Origin: the human T2T-CHM13v2.0 reference genome, Homo sapiens
Assembly: GCF_009914755.1 (NCBI RefSeq)
Contig: NC_060927.1
Length of the DNA stretch: 64,000 bases
Direction: 5' to 3' (one strand)
How positions within the stretch are numbered: the first letter of the stretch is position 1; every line of letters begins with the position of its first letter. Made by a program: the position numbers and the translations under genes. This document shows, one piece after another, positions 39,415 through 54,981 of the stretch. Below the pieces are notes generated by a model. That model was not told where the DNA came from. It worked only from the letters and a program-made list of their open reading frames with translations, and did no database searches.

Positions 39415-39717
39415 TGTGATGATTAATTTTAAGTGCCAACCTGTCTGGCCAGAAGACTGGGTCTTCTGCTCTCAGACTGGAACTTATCCCCTCAGTTCTT
39501 CTGATTCTCAGGTCTTTGGCCTCAGACTAGAACTATACCACCAGTTCTCCTGGGTCTCCAGCTTACAGATGGAATATCTTAGAACTTTCCGCAGCCTTCA
39601 TAATTGTGTGAGGCAATTTCCTTAGAATAAATTTCATAAATTTCATATATCTATATATTGATATATTATATATGTATGTAATTAGGTCTGTTTCTTTGGA
39701 ACACCTGACTAATAACA
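39415..39717 (+). mobile_element. MLT2D-like 3' LTR (internally deleted)
   Basis: 'tgtgatgattaattttaagtgccaac..ctcctgggtctccagctt..ctgtttctttggaacacctgactaataaca'. Confidence 0.85.
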
Positions 39718-39729
39718 GCAGTTAGGCAC

Positions 39730-39990
39730 CCAGTAGTGCACAAACAAAAAGCACACATTTTGCTGTTGCACAGACTTGGGAGGATTCTGCCTTTGACAGT
39801 TGCTGCTATGTGATCTTAGGCAAGATGCATAACTTTTGAAGCTTTATTCTTGTTCATCTGAAAAATGGAGATAATATTACCTGTCTCATAGATTTTTCTT
39901 GAGGGGATTGAATGGAACATTTTATAAATTGTAAAAATGAGAAATACATGTAAAGTTCACCATAATGTGTCTGCATACATTAAGAGTTCA
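39730..39990 (+). mobile_element. MIR
   Basis: 'gctatgtgatcttaggcaagatgcataac..catctgaaaaatggagataatattacctgtctcatag'. Confidence 0.75.
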
Positions 39991-42900
39991 ATTGCCATTA
40001 TTGGTAAGCTCCAAAATCTCCTTTTTTACAAAAATTCTCTTTTGGAAGCTTTATCCTGCAATCTCTTTCCTCCATTTATTTTATTTTATTTTTAATTTAG
40101 TGTCTTGGGTTTTAGATAAATAGTTTAAGGACATAGTGAGTTTCTGAAGAGCTATTTGACAATTGAACCTGCTGAAAAATATTCTGTATAAATAATGTAG
40201 CTGATCTATTTTCTTAATATATCAATTTAGTCTGATAGTGAATAATACAAGCAATTCTGACCTCCACACATGTGTATGCACTGGCACAATTTTACTGAAA
40301 CTTTACCTTGACATCAATCGTAAAAAATATTTATTCAATAAGTAAATGACCATTATGTACTAATGTCTACTCTATTGCTCCAATATACTGTCTCCATTTT
40401 TGCATTCTTGAGATTTACAAAACACTCAATAGATATAATTTTCTTCAGCATAAAATTGGAATATATTTTGTGATAGTTCTAAAATATGCAGAGCATTTCA
40501 TCAAAACAATGTGAAAGCCAGGAACATTAGAACAAGAAAAATAGGGCCGCCATGCAGAGTTTATTTATATAAATAGCAGATATGATAAGAGAATATAATA
40601 TTTTCTTTGTCATATTTGACTTTCTAAAAAACTGTAAGCTTCATTCCCAGAGAGAATTTTCTCAAAAAAGACACTTGCCTCTTCAGAAGATAAATTATAA
40701 AAAGGAAATTTCAATTGTGTAACTGTTCTTCCTGGGATTAAAACTGAACCCATTTTCCATAATGATGAGAACGTTTCCATTTCTTGAATCCTTGCTTTGA
40801 ATTCATGCTGCTCTGCTATCCCCTTGAAGGTTGTTCTTGATTATAAGTACTGATAACAATTCCCACAAATAGAGGTTTGCTGTAGTCAAATAGAATTTGC
40901 TCTCAGGAAATTTTTTTTGAATTCATATTTAAAAAATCTTTGTAAAAGCATTTATATATCAGTGTTCCTTTTGGCTATAGAGAAATGCTATCAAACATTA
41001 AATTAAAGATATATTATTCATTTATGTGATAATTAAATGTGTGAATTGCTAAAGTGATAAAATTTCTTCTATAAATAACGGGCAATTTTCATGGAAAGAA
41101 ATGAAATGATTCAAATTTATTAATTTCAACTTGAAATGTAAATTTTGTCATGTAAATTGTTCAGTCTTAGGAAAGTTTACTTAAAGATAGATTTGTATTT
41201 ATTTTAATGACTTTATGAACTTGAGAAATACTACCATACTAAAATGAATTCAATCTCTGAGAAATAAAAAGACATGAGACACGTGCAAGTTAAGTTGAAT
41301 ATTTTTCACAGTGAGAAGCCAACACTGTGAATATGGTGTTTCTGAAAAAAAAAATCAATATTTTACTCATCCCCTAAGTATGTACATGATTCATGCCTTA
41401 AAGCAATTTTTTTGCTTTATTTTTGATAGCAAACTATCTAAATGAGACATGCAGCTGTCATGTAATTGTAAATTGATTGGATCATAAGCTTCATTATTAA
41501 TCAATTGTTATAGCCAACATAATTGATGGAAAATTTAATTAAAGATAAAAGAAAACATCACTAACTAGATACCCTTAAGATATCCCACTTTAAAGTTATC
41601 TGAAATAGCATTCCCGGAGAATAGATAATGCAATACAGCCAACGAACAAATATGACCATATAAAAGAATAAAAATATAAAAAACATGGAAGAATCACAAT
41701 GAAACAATAAACATGTTCAATTATAATATAGGTGCTTTATGATAAAACTGTGATTAAATATGCATTACACTTATAAGAGAGGTGTTTTATGATAGAGATG
41801 CTCCTTATGATCTCTTCCATGATAGACCAAATGATTCCTGTAGAAATACATACTTAGATGCCTAAATGCCACTTTCTGGTTGGAGTATCTTTGTTTATAA
41901 AGTAAGTAAAATGAAAGATCAAATTTGACAAATACACATTGAACAGAAATAGAACAAATTGATAAAAAATAAAAATATATATTTTAGTAAACTTATTGTA
42001 GTTGAAATAGTTCATTGTTAATGTCACTACAATTCCCATAATTGTGCTTATGTTCCCAGAATTGAAAAAAATGCAATACATAAAATAAATTCATAAATTA
42101 TAGGTAGGCAAAGGCACAGTATTTTATCAGTTTTTCCTTATTGAACAAATAAAATATAAATATTTGACAAATGTTCAACCTAGAACAAATGTGCAAAATA
42201 TCAATGATTTTTAAATCTACAGGATATGATACATTTACAGGGATGCATTATATTAGTCTCTTGAATTTTCTAATTTTAACATTTTATGTAATATGTTTGG
42301 AAAATAGATGAGGAAAAAAATCATTCAGCTCTTGAGGTTTCTACACTTAAACCTTGCTCTGAAAGTATATAAGTGTCCTACCTACTTTAAGAAAACTCAT
42401 TATTGTAGCTATTGAATATGGTGGCTTAAAGCAAGAAAGATCAGTCAGTGAACCCAGATGCAATTAAATTAACTTGTTCCTTAGGTATACAGTGCAAGAT
42501 TGACAAATAAGTGCATTATTATATTTACTTAAGCAATATGAATAAACAAATGCATTAAAAGTTTTATACATTATAGATGAAAAGTTCATGTTATATAGTG
42601 ATGCATATTAGTTTTCCTTTAAATAAAAAATAAAAACATCTTTAGTATATTGGATATTTATTTACCTAAATTCTTTCAGATAAAAATATTTCTCTTTCAT
42701 AAAGTAAAACTTAATACCTATATGATGAACTATCTTTAAAATATTGATTTTTAAAGTGGATAAATTTGTAGTTATCTCATGTTGTTACTTGTAAGTGAAT
42801 ATTATTTCTTGCACATGCTATATAGTAGGAAAATATTTTCTCTCATTTGCTTTTTACATTGGGAAACTCAGAAATACCAGCATAGACTTTATTAGCTTCT

Positions 42901-43416
42901 TCAGTGACACTATATGATTCAGTGATACTTGAGTATGTGATTGAAAAATGATCATAAGCTTTTATTATAGAGGGCTCTTTATATAATTCTTTTGCAGTCA
43001 CATCATTATTGAAGTTTTGGTCACCTATATAATTATCACTGCTTATAAAAGACTTTATTGTCCTTGTTTGAAATCCAAACTCTAGAGTTGAATTTTAACT
43101 TTATTCTGTGTTAAAGATCTATAAGTCTGTGTATGAAAGATTAGAGACAGTATAGTTTGACGATGCTGACTTTATTCTGAATTAAATTTAATTTTATTTT
43201 AAAATTTTAATTAAATGTTTAATTTTATTTAAATTTTACTTGAGTAGCTAAACTTTCATAATGAAATATTTAAAATGTCAACCTAAATATTTGGGGAGAC
43301 ATTTTCAAAATTCTTTTAGGAGACATACAGGGGGAGAAAAAAAAAGATCCTATGGCTAAATGGTATTTTTGTTCATGATTATGTGTTTTCTCTTCTGTAA
43401 GAGGACTATACTCGGC

Positions 43417-43711
43417 TTTTTTTTTTTTTTTTGGAGACAGAGTCTCACTCTGTTGCCAAGGCTGGAGTGCAGTGGCACAATCTCGGCTCTCCGCAACCTC
43501 CGCCTCCCGGATTCAAGCGATTCTTCTGCCTCAGCCTCCCTAGCTGGGACTACAAGTGTGTGCGACGACACCAGGATAATTTTGTATTTTTAGTAGAGAC
43601 AGGGTTTCACCATGTTGCCCAGGCTAGTCTCAAAATCCTGAGCTCAGGCAATCCGCCCACCTTGGCCTCCCAAAGTGCTGGAATTACAGGCGTGAGCCGC
43701 CGCGCCCGGCC
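43417..43711 (-). mobile_element. AluS (Sz/Sx type)
   Basis: Full antisense dimer from a T16 tail to 'gagccgccgcgcccggcc'. Confidence 0.92.
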
Positions 43712-43849
43712 TTCTTACTATACATTTTTCTATGCTTTCCCAAACCATTGGAAGGCTTGCCTTTTAACTTATTTATTTATTCACTTATTTTTGGATGTGA
43801 CTTTTGCCAGGTCTGAGAAGAAGCTTCATGATTGTCAGCTCAGTTTCTT

Positions 43850-44057
43850 ATGCTTCTGCCACCTATCGCTCAAACAGCAAGTCTCAAAAGATAGTGCGTT
43901 TTCAAGAATGAGAAGATAGAGTTTGGAGCAGAATCACAAATCAGCCCACAGTCTACATATAATGTGAACCAGAAATAAATGTTTACTTTCGTAACCCCCT
44001 GAGATTCTACAAGTTGTTGGCTACACAGCATAACTCAGTAAAGTTTGACAGAGTATT
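43850..44057 (+). mobile_element. Old MLT1 (J/K-like) LTR 3' fragment
   Basis: 'agaaataaatgtttactttcgtaaccccctgagattctacaagttgttggctacacagcataac'. Confidence 0.55.
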
Positions 44058-44250
44058 GCTAATGCCCACAAAGCTATGTTTGCATTTCCACTGGATGTTT
44101 CTGCTCCCATTGTGCACTACTACATATCTTGGGGAATATTTCCTCATGCAGTGGGCAGCACTGCATCTTCCAGGCACCACGACTTCTAACTCTCCTGCCA
44201 TATCCTATCAGGTTATCACCTTATTTCAACGAGGTTTTCTCATTTCCTTC

Positions 44251-44609
44251 TGTATTAGTCTGTTCTCATGCTGCTATGAAGAAATACCTGAGACTGGGCA
44301 ATTTATAAAGAAAAGAAGTTTAATCGACTCACAGTTCTGCATGGCTGGGGAGGTCTCAGGAAATACGATCATGGCGGAAGGCACCTCTTCACAGGGGCAG
44401 CTGGAGAGAGAATGAGTGGCAGCAGGGGCAGTGCCTGACGCTTATAAAACCATCAGATCTTTTGAGACTCACTCATTACCACGAGAACAGCACAGGGAAT
44501 ACCGCTCCCGTATGATTCAATTACTTCCACCTGGTCCCGCCCTTGACAGGTGGAGATTATCACAATTCAAGATGAGTTTTGGATGGGGATGCAGAGCCAA
44601 ACCATATCA
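44251..44609 (-). mobile_element. THE1C/D-like MaLR solo LTR
   Basis: 'tgtattagtctgttctcatgctgct..gagccaaaccatatca'; perfect 5-bp TSD ccttc/ccttc. Confidence 0.93.
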
Positions 44610-45759
44610 CCTTCTAAGCACAGAGTGTCTCTGCTTCCAGTTCCACTGGGCACTGTCTTACCTGATTGGCATCATCATCGTTTACATGTTTCATTATGTC
44701 ATTCAATACCAGAATCTACTCAAATGGACCTCCAATGCCACAGAGTTTATTCTATGGGTTAAATGATCTGTGAACTTTCTAGTATAGCAAAGCTGTGTGA
44801 ATTGCTTTCAGAATTGGAGATATATATCTTTTCCCATGATAATTTATTTTCAGCAATTCAGTTATAACTATGTGTATTGCCACTTTCCTAACTACTTCTG
44901 CTTCTGCTACAGAGGAATAACACATCTAAATGATAAAACATCATTCTGTGCTTAGAATTTCCCCAAATATTTGCAAGTAAGAGGCCATATAAGTGATCTA
45001 AATTTGCTTTCATAGCATACAACTAATAAGTATTTTCTAAATGTTGATTAACATTTTAATGCATAATTTTAATACCATCAAACTTTATACATATAATGGT
45101 GTTTATTAAAAACTATAGGAATAATTACTATTTTTCTTCTCCATTAATAATACATTTTTAAAGACTAAATTTTTAAAAACTAATACTTTATATGAATTAA
45201 TCCTGATTCACCCATAAGAATTCTAAAAGGAATCAAAAGGTTACGTCAAATTTTGACCTTAATCATAGTGAAATTTATGTCTGCAATGCTGAACATACAA
45301 TGTCCAACCCCAAGTATAAAACCTGTCATAGTTCATAATATTCTAATTTCTTTTCTTATGCATAGAATTATATGACTATATATACACACACAAAAAAATC
45401 TGTGTTATGTATAATCAAACTCTGACGTTTTGGTTCTAATACCTTCAATTACATTTCATTTTTTAGGTTAATTATCAAATTGGAAACGGAATTCTGAAAT
45501 AAAAATAAAATGAAAGTAAATTTGGTTACAATATATAAATAGGATAATTTTTGTTTTGTCTTACAATAAAACCTAAGAAAACACAGAGAAAACTAGGTAA
45601 AAGTAATAAGCTTCAGAACTTAACTCTTTTATTGATACAAAGTAAGCTGATAGAATTTGCTTTATCTTAAAATTATTGAGTAATCTAATAGCCATATATC
45701 TTTCTTTTTATTGAAAAAGAGTATTTAAAAATTACTAAGTAGTCTGAATAAATGTTAAT

Positions 45760-45760
<1 letters not shown>

Positions 45761-45806
<46 letters not shown>
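45761..45806 (+). repeat. (CA)23 microsatellite
   Basis: Uninterrupted CA run. Confidence 0.97.
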
Positions 45807-45808
<2 letters not shown>

Positions 45809-46297
45809 TGTTTAAACCTTTATATTTATGTGTCCTGGACAGATCCAGGAAAAATGATTTTAAAAGTATCTGCCATATAAAATTAAAAAGAATTTGAACA
45901 CATGGTTAAAATTAAAGAAAAAAGATTTTTCCATACTTACTACTATAAACACCAGTAACAAAGGTTTGTAAATGTGTTGATTATGTTTGGTTTAAAATAT
46001 ATTGTGTAGACAGATACTAAAAAGCCTTTTTTAATATAAGTAAGTGATAGCAGATGGAAATTGATTGTACAGTATCTATTTTTTATTATTTTATGACATT
46101 ATAACATTTTGCTTAGTAATAGCATTATATAATATTCAGTTTCCACTGTTTCATCTTCAAGAATATAAACATAACTTATTTGTTAAGATATTTTGCAAGT
46201 AATTCCAAATGCTTTTTAAACTGAACAGCATATTTTGGGTCCATAGTTAAATTCAATTTTTTGTTGTCTTGTTTGTTTGTATTAATAAATACTTCCT

Positions 46298-47212
46298 GGA
46301 GGAGGAGCCAAGATGGCCGAATAGGAACAGCTCTGGTCTACAGCTCCCAGCCTGAGCGACGCAGAAGATGGGTGATTTCTGCATTTCCATCTGGGGTACT
46401 GGGTTCATCTCACTAGGGAGTGCCAGACAGTGGGCACAGGTCAGTGGGTGCGCGCACCGCGCGCGAGCCGAAGCAGGGTGAGGCATTGCCTCACTCGGGA
46501 AGCGCAAGAGGTCAGGGAGTTCCCTTTCCTAATCAAAGAAAGGGGTGACGGACGGCACCTGGAAAATCGGGAAAATCCGGTCACTCCAACCCGAATACTA
46601 CGCTTTTCCGACGGGCTTAAAAAACGGCGCACCACGAGATTACATCCCCCACCTGGCTTGGAGGGTCCTACCCCATGGAGTCTCGCTGATTGCTAGCACA
46701 GCACTTTGAGATCAAACTGCAAGGTGGCAGCGAGGCTGGGGGAGGGGCGCCCACCATTGCCCAGGCTTGCTTAGGTAAGCAAAGCAGCCAGGAAGCTCGA
46801 ACTGGGTGGAGCCCACCACAGCTCAAGGAGGCCTGCCTGCCTCTGTAGGCTCCACCTCTGGGGGCAGGGCACAGACAAACAAAAAGACAGCAGTAACCTC
46901 TGCAGACTTAAATGTCCCTGTCTGACAGCTTTGAAGAGAGCAGTGGTTCTCCCAGTACACAGCTGTAGATCTGAGAACGGGCAGACTGCCTCCTCAAGTG
47001 GGTCCCTGACCCCTGACCCCCGAGCAGCCTAACTGGGAGGCACCCTCCAACAGGGGCACACTGACACCTCACGCTGCAGGGTACTCCAACAGACCTGCAG
47101 CTGAGGGTCCTGTCTGTTAGAAGGAAAACTAACAAACAGAAAGGACATCCACACCAAAAACCCATCTGTACATCACCATCATCAAAGACCAAAAGTAGAT
47201 AAAACCACAAAG
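46298..47212 (+). promoter_or_regulatory. L1 5'UTR internal sense/antisense promoter (YY1 site, CpG-rich)
   Basis: YY1 motif 'caagatggcc' at 46309-46318; CpG cluster at 46350-46750; position upstream of the ORF1 ATG. Confidence 0.8.
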
Positions 47213-48229
47213 ATGGGGAAAAAACAGAACAGAAAAACTGGAAACTCTAAAAATCAGAGCGCCTCTCCTCCTCCAAAGGAACGCAGCTCCTCACCAGCAA
47301 TGGAACAAAGCTGGACGGAGAATGACTTTGACGAGCTGAGAGAAGAAGGCTTCAGATGATCAAGTTACTCTGAGCTACGGGAGGACATTCAAACCAAAGG
47401 CAAAGAAGTTGAAAACTTTGAAAAAAATTTAGAAGAATGTATAACTAGAATAACCAATACAGAGAAGTGCTTAAAGGAGCTGATGGAGCTGAAAACCAAG
47501 GCTCGAGAACTACGTGAAAAATGCAGAAGCCTCAGGAGCCAATGTGATCAACTGGAAGAAAGGGTATCAGCAATGGAAGATGAAATGAATGAAATGAAGT
47601 GAGAAGGAAAATTTAGAGAAAAAAGAATAAAAAGAAATGAGCAAAGCCTCCAAGAAATATGGGACTATGTGAAAAGACCAAATCTACGTCTGATTGGTGT
47701 ACCTGAAAGTGATGGGGAGAATGGAACCAAGTTGGAAAACACTCTGCAGGATATTATCCAGGAGAATTTCCCCAATCTAGCAAGGCAGGCCAACGTTCAG
47801 ATTCAGGAAATACAGAGAACGCCACAAAGATACTCCTTGAGAATAGCAACTCCAAGACAAATAATTGTCAGATTCACCAAAGTTGAAATGAAGGAAAAAA
47901 TGTTAAGGGCAGCCAGAGAGAAAGGTCAGGTTACCCTCAAAGAGAAGCCCATCAGACTAACAGCGGATATCTCGGCAGAAACCCTACAAGCCAGAAGAGG
48001 GTGGGGGCCAATATTCAACATTCTTAAAGAAAAGAATTTTCAACCCAGAATTTCATATCCAGCCAAACTAAGCTTCATAAGTGAAGGAGAAATAAAATAC
48101 TTTACAGACAAGCAAATGCTGAGAGATTTTGTCACCACCAGGCCTGCCCTAAAAGAGCTCCTGAAGGAAGCGCTAAACATGGAAAGGAACAACCGGTACC
48201 AGCTGCTGCAAAATCATGCCAAAATGTAA
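47213..48229 (+). pseudogene. L1 ORF1p (338 codons) with premature stops
   Basis: ATG at 47213 (MGKKQNRK) through ..LQNHAKM*; in-frame CGA>TGA stops at ~47357 and ~47600. Confidence 0.93.
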
Positions 48230-48277
48230 AGACCATTGAGAGTAGGAAGAAACTGCATCAACTAACGAGCAAAATAA

Positions 48278-51455
<3,178 letters not shown>

Positions 51456-51600
51456 TGCAGCCTTGCTGACACCTTCATTGTATTCCAGTAAAACTTAATT
51501 TGTATTTGTGGCCTCCAGAACTATAAGATAATAAATTTGCATTGTTTTAAGTAATTACATTTGTGGTAATTTGTTACAGCAGTCATAGAAAACAAATACA
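51456..51600 (+). mobile_element. MLT1C-like LTR 3' end only
   Basis: 'ccttgctgacacctt..tggcctccagaactataagataataaatttg..ttgttacagcagtcatagaaaacaaataca'. Confidence 0.8.
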
Positions 51601-52029
51601 ATTTAAAATTTAATTTTGGTTACTTTCTGTAGACATACTTATGACTTTAGAAAACTGATTACCACTCTGCAGAAATTATTCTATAACACATATTTTCATG
51701 TACTCTAAACTAGAATCAACTTTCAGAGATTTCCGAAGAAAAATATACATCTTAAAAGATTAAAGTGGGGAGAAGTATAATTTTTGTGAATGAAATTTTG
51801 AATATTAACTTCAACATATAAGTTCTCCTCAAAACAATCCATTAATTTAGCATAATATTTATTTTTAAAAACAAGAAATGTCCTGGGGAAAAGCTATAAA
51901 GAGATAGCAGAAAATCAAGGCTCTGTTTGATTTTAAAGTGCATTATAAATCCACATTTATTAAAAAAATTGTGGAAGTGAAAACATAAGTTAATGAAAGA
52001 TTTATACAGTTAACAATTAGACCTAAATA

Positions 52030-52790
52030 TGTCTTTAAAAACAAAATAGATTTTCATCAATGGGCAAAGGACTGACTATCAGGTAATTGGTAGTGTGACT
52101 ACTGGCTGAAAATTTGGGGAAAATCCTTAAACTTTCATTCTTATCTCAAGAAAAGCATTAAAATAAATTTAGGTTGATTCAACAGGTGGTTGTAAGGAAA
52201 AAAAGAAAACTAAGTCAGGAAAGCCCAGGATATAATGCCTATTATTTCGAGAAGAACATTTCATTTACTTAAATATTGGGGGAATTACATATTTCTGTAG
52301 ACATTACGGAGAAATCACAGTGACATACAAAGTTTTAAAAATATGAATCAATGACCTAGAAATTCCACAAATATGAATTTCTGCACGGAAGTTATTGCAC
52401 AAGTGATCAAAAGTGCAAGTGCAAAGTTATTTTTTGCAGCATTATTTATAGAAGAAAGAGAACTGATTAAATATAACATGGAGTATAAAATATGTAGTAG
52501 AAAAATATGTATCAGTTGAAATTATTAAATGTATATATGCATATGTAAATGACACAGAAATATACTTATAACATCCTAAAAGATAACTAATGTTTTAAAA
52601 CTGAGGAATGATGGTAATACAGAGTTTATTTTTGAAGGTATGAAAATAGTGTGAATTTAAATTTTGATGATGATTGCATAAGTTTGTGAATATATAAAGT
52701 AACCTTAAATTGTGCATCCTTAACGGTGATTTTAAGGTCTATGAAGTATATCTCAATAAAGGTATTTTAAAATATAGATATATCATTATT
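52030..52790 (+). mobile_element. Very old L1 (L1ME/MB) fragments
   Basis: 'tgcagcattatttatag', 'tttgtgaatatataaag..aaattgtgcatccttaacggtgattttaaggtctatgaagtatatctcaataaag'. Confidence 0.55.
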
Positions 52791-53318
52791 CAAATGTGGT
52801 GTTTATATGTGTTTATGTACATATGCAGATGGTAAGGTTAATGTGATTATTTTCTTTATCCTTTATCTGCTTTTAAAATAATCATTCTGATTATAAAAAT
52901 GATTTTAATTAAAAATGCATTCCAATATTAAAATACTTGTGTTCTGAAAAATTTAACACTTTCAAATAATTTTGCACTATTATATGCTGCACAAAAAGAT
53001 AACTTCAAGGTAAGCACAAACTAGATGTTAAACTGAATAATTGTATTATTAGAACTAAGGTTTCAAATTAATTATTTGAAATGTTTTCTATCAGTTTTGT
53101 GAGTCTACCAGATTCATCACAGAACATCGACTTTGATATTTATAGACTTCTTGATTATATTTTATCAAATAATGAGTTTCTAAACAGCTAGAGGCATAAT
53201 TATAATGATAATTTTCCACCACTAATGGTTATAAAAATTAGTAAAAAATTAAATGATTAGTTGTGCCTTTATCTAAATATAAAATAAATGGTAAGCATTT
53301 ACTATTAATAAAAATGTG

Positions 53319-53666
<348 letters not shown>

Positions 53667-54482
53667 TTATATATTAATTAATACATTTAATTTGGATTTA
53701 TTTTCTATAATCTGTAGAGATAATACTAAACTTTGTAATTTATTAGAAAATTACATATTGCCCAGAAACATCCATATTTTTAGTCATAATCATCGTAACT
53801 AGGTCATGAAGGAACATTTACATGGCATACTTTACCACCCCTAAAATCTCTATGGTATTATGTATCTATTTATTTACAGAATTAACACCTTCTATATTGT
53901 ATTGGTTATTGAGAAAATTTAACCAGCACATCTTCCACTTTTGCACTGCTGCACTATAAAGACAATAAAAGAGATATAAACTCTTCAAATTAAATTTAAT
54001 TACAATATGTCTAAGGTTTTACATATTTGGTCCTTCATCTCACTATTGAAAACAAATAGAGTGAAGATAATGTGGATGATGATGCCGTGATAAATACTGT
54101 CCCAATACAGGTCTCTTATCCCTTCAAAGCTGACAATAAGCATGTTCTTGATCTGTGATTGCCTTCACAATGTATTTATAAGCCAAGCATAAACATCTCT
54201 GGATCCCAGTTTCCAAATTCTCCCCTCTGAGTTCCCGTGAAATTTGGATGCAACTATGTGACTTATGAATTTATTTTCCCACCACTACATTTTAAGTCGT
54301 TAAGGAAGGTTTCCCACCATAACCATTGACATCCAATTTACCTTGCGTGTAGTATGTAGACAATGTAGTAGGTTGAAATAGTGTATAAATATAATATTGA
54401 TTGAGAGAGTATACTTGAAATTGAATCATTAGATAATTAAGATTGAATTGTTAGATAAATACTGTTCTCTCTCAACTCACCA

Positions 54483-54521
54483 TGTATTAATCAGGGTTCT
54501 CTAGAGGGTCAGAACTAATAG

Positions 54522-54592
<71 letters not shown>

Positions 54593-54981
54593 AGGAGTTT
54601 ATTAAGTATTAAATCACACAATCACAAGGTCCCACAATAGGCCGTCGGCAAGCTGAGGAGCAAAGAAAGCCCGTTGGAGACTCAAAACTGAAGAACTTGG
54701 AGTCCGATGTTTGAGGGCAGAAAGCATCCAGCAAGGGTGAAAGAAGTAGGCTGGGAGGCTGGGCCAGTATAGTCTTTTCACGTTTTTCTGCCTGCTTTAT
54801 ATTCTAGCAGCACTGACAGCTAATTAGATGGTGCCCACCCAGATTAGGGGTCGGTCTACCTTTCCCAGCCCACTGGTTTCAAATGTTAATCTCCTTTGAC
54901 AAAACCCTCACAGACACACCCACTATCAATACTTTGCATCCTTCAATCCAATCAAGTTGACACTCAGTATTAACCATCACA
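54483..54981 (-). mobile_element. MLT2A1/A2 (HERVL) solo LTR
   Basis: 'tgtattaatcagggttctctagaggg..caatactttgcatccttcaatccaatcaagttgacactcagtattaaccatcaca'; TSD cacca/cacct. Confidence 0.93.
54525..54589 (+). repeat. (TA)~32 microsatellite inside MLT2A
   Basis: Uninterrupted TA run at the position of the usual MLT2 TA tract. Confidence 0.95.

Larger units (their letters stand above)
25225..39717 (+). mobile_element. ERVL (MLT2D-type) provirus remnant with nested insertions
   Basis: 5' LTR 25225-~25550, pol pieces, dUTPase region, PPT-like sequence and 3' LTR 39415-39717, all co-oriented; 5-bp TSD tcagt/gcagt. Confidence 0.85.

Noticed and set aside
41299-41334. Inverted repeat ttcacagtg-N9-cactgtgaa containing two RSS heptamers
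   Set aside because: There is no nonamer at 12- or 23-bp spacing in either direction, and a 9-bp stem is plausible by chance in 64 kb of AT-rich DNA.
43180-43240. AT-only quasi-palindromic stretch
   Set aside because: Low-complexity sequence; self-complementarity is expected from composition.
43356-43919. 71-162 aa ORFs (also 10573-10833, 24790-25040, 53403-53663)
   Set aside because: Typical Alu-derived translations ([21 protein letters not shown]), not genes.
46441-46757. L1 antisense ORF0 as an intact CDS
   Set aside because: The ATG at 46757 (minus) gives MVGAPPPASLPPCSLISKCCASNQRDSMG*. A 1-bp deletion near 46672 causes an early stop, and the 64-aa track ORF is only the detached C-terminal part.
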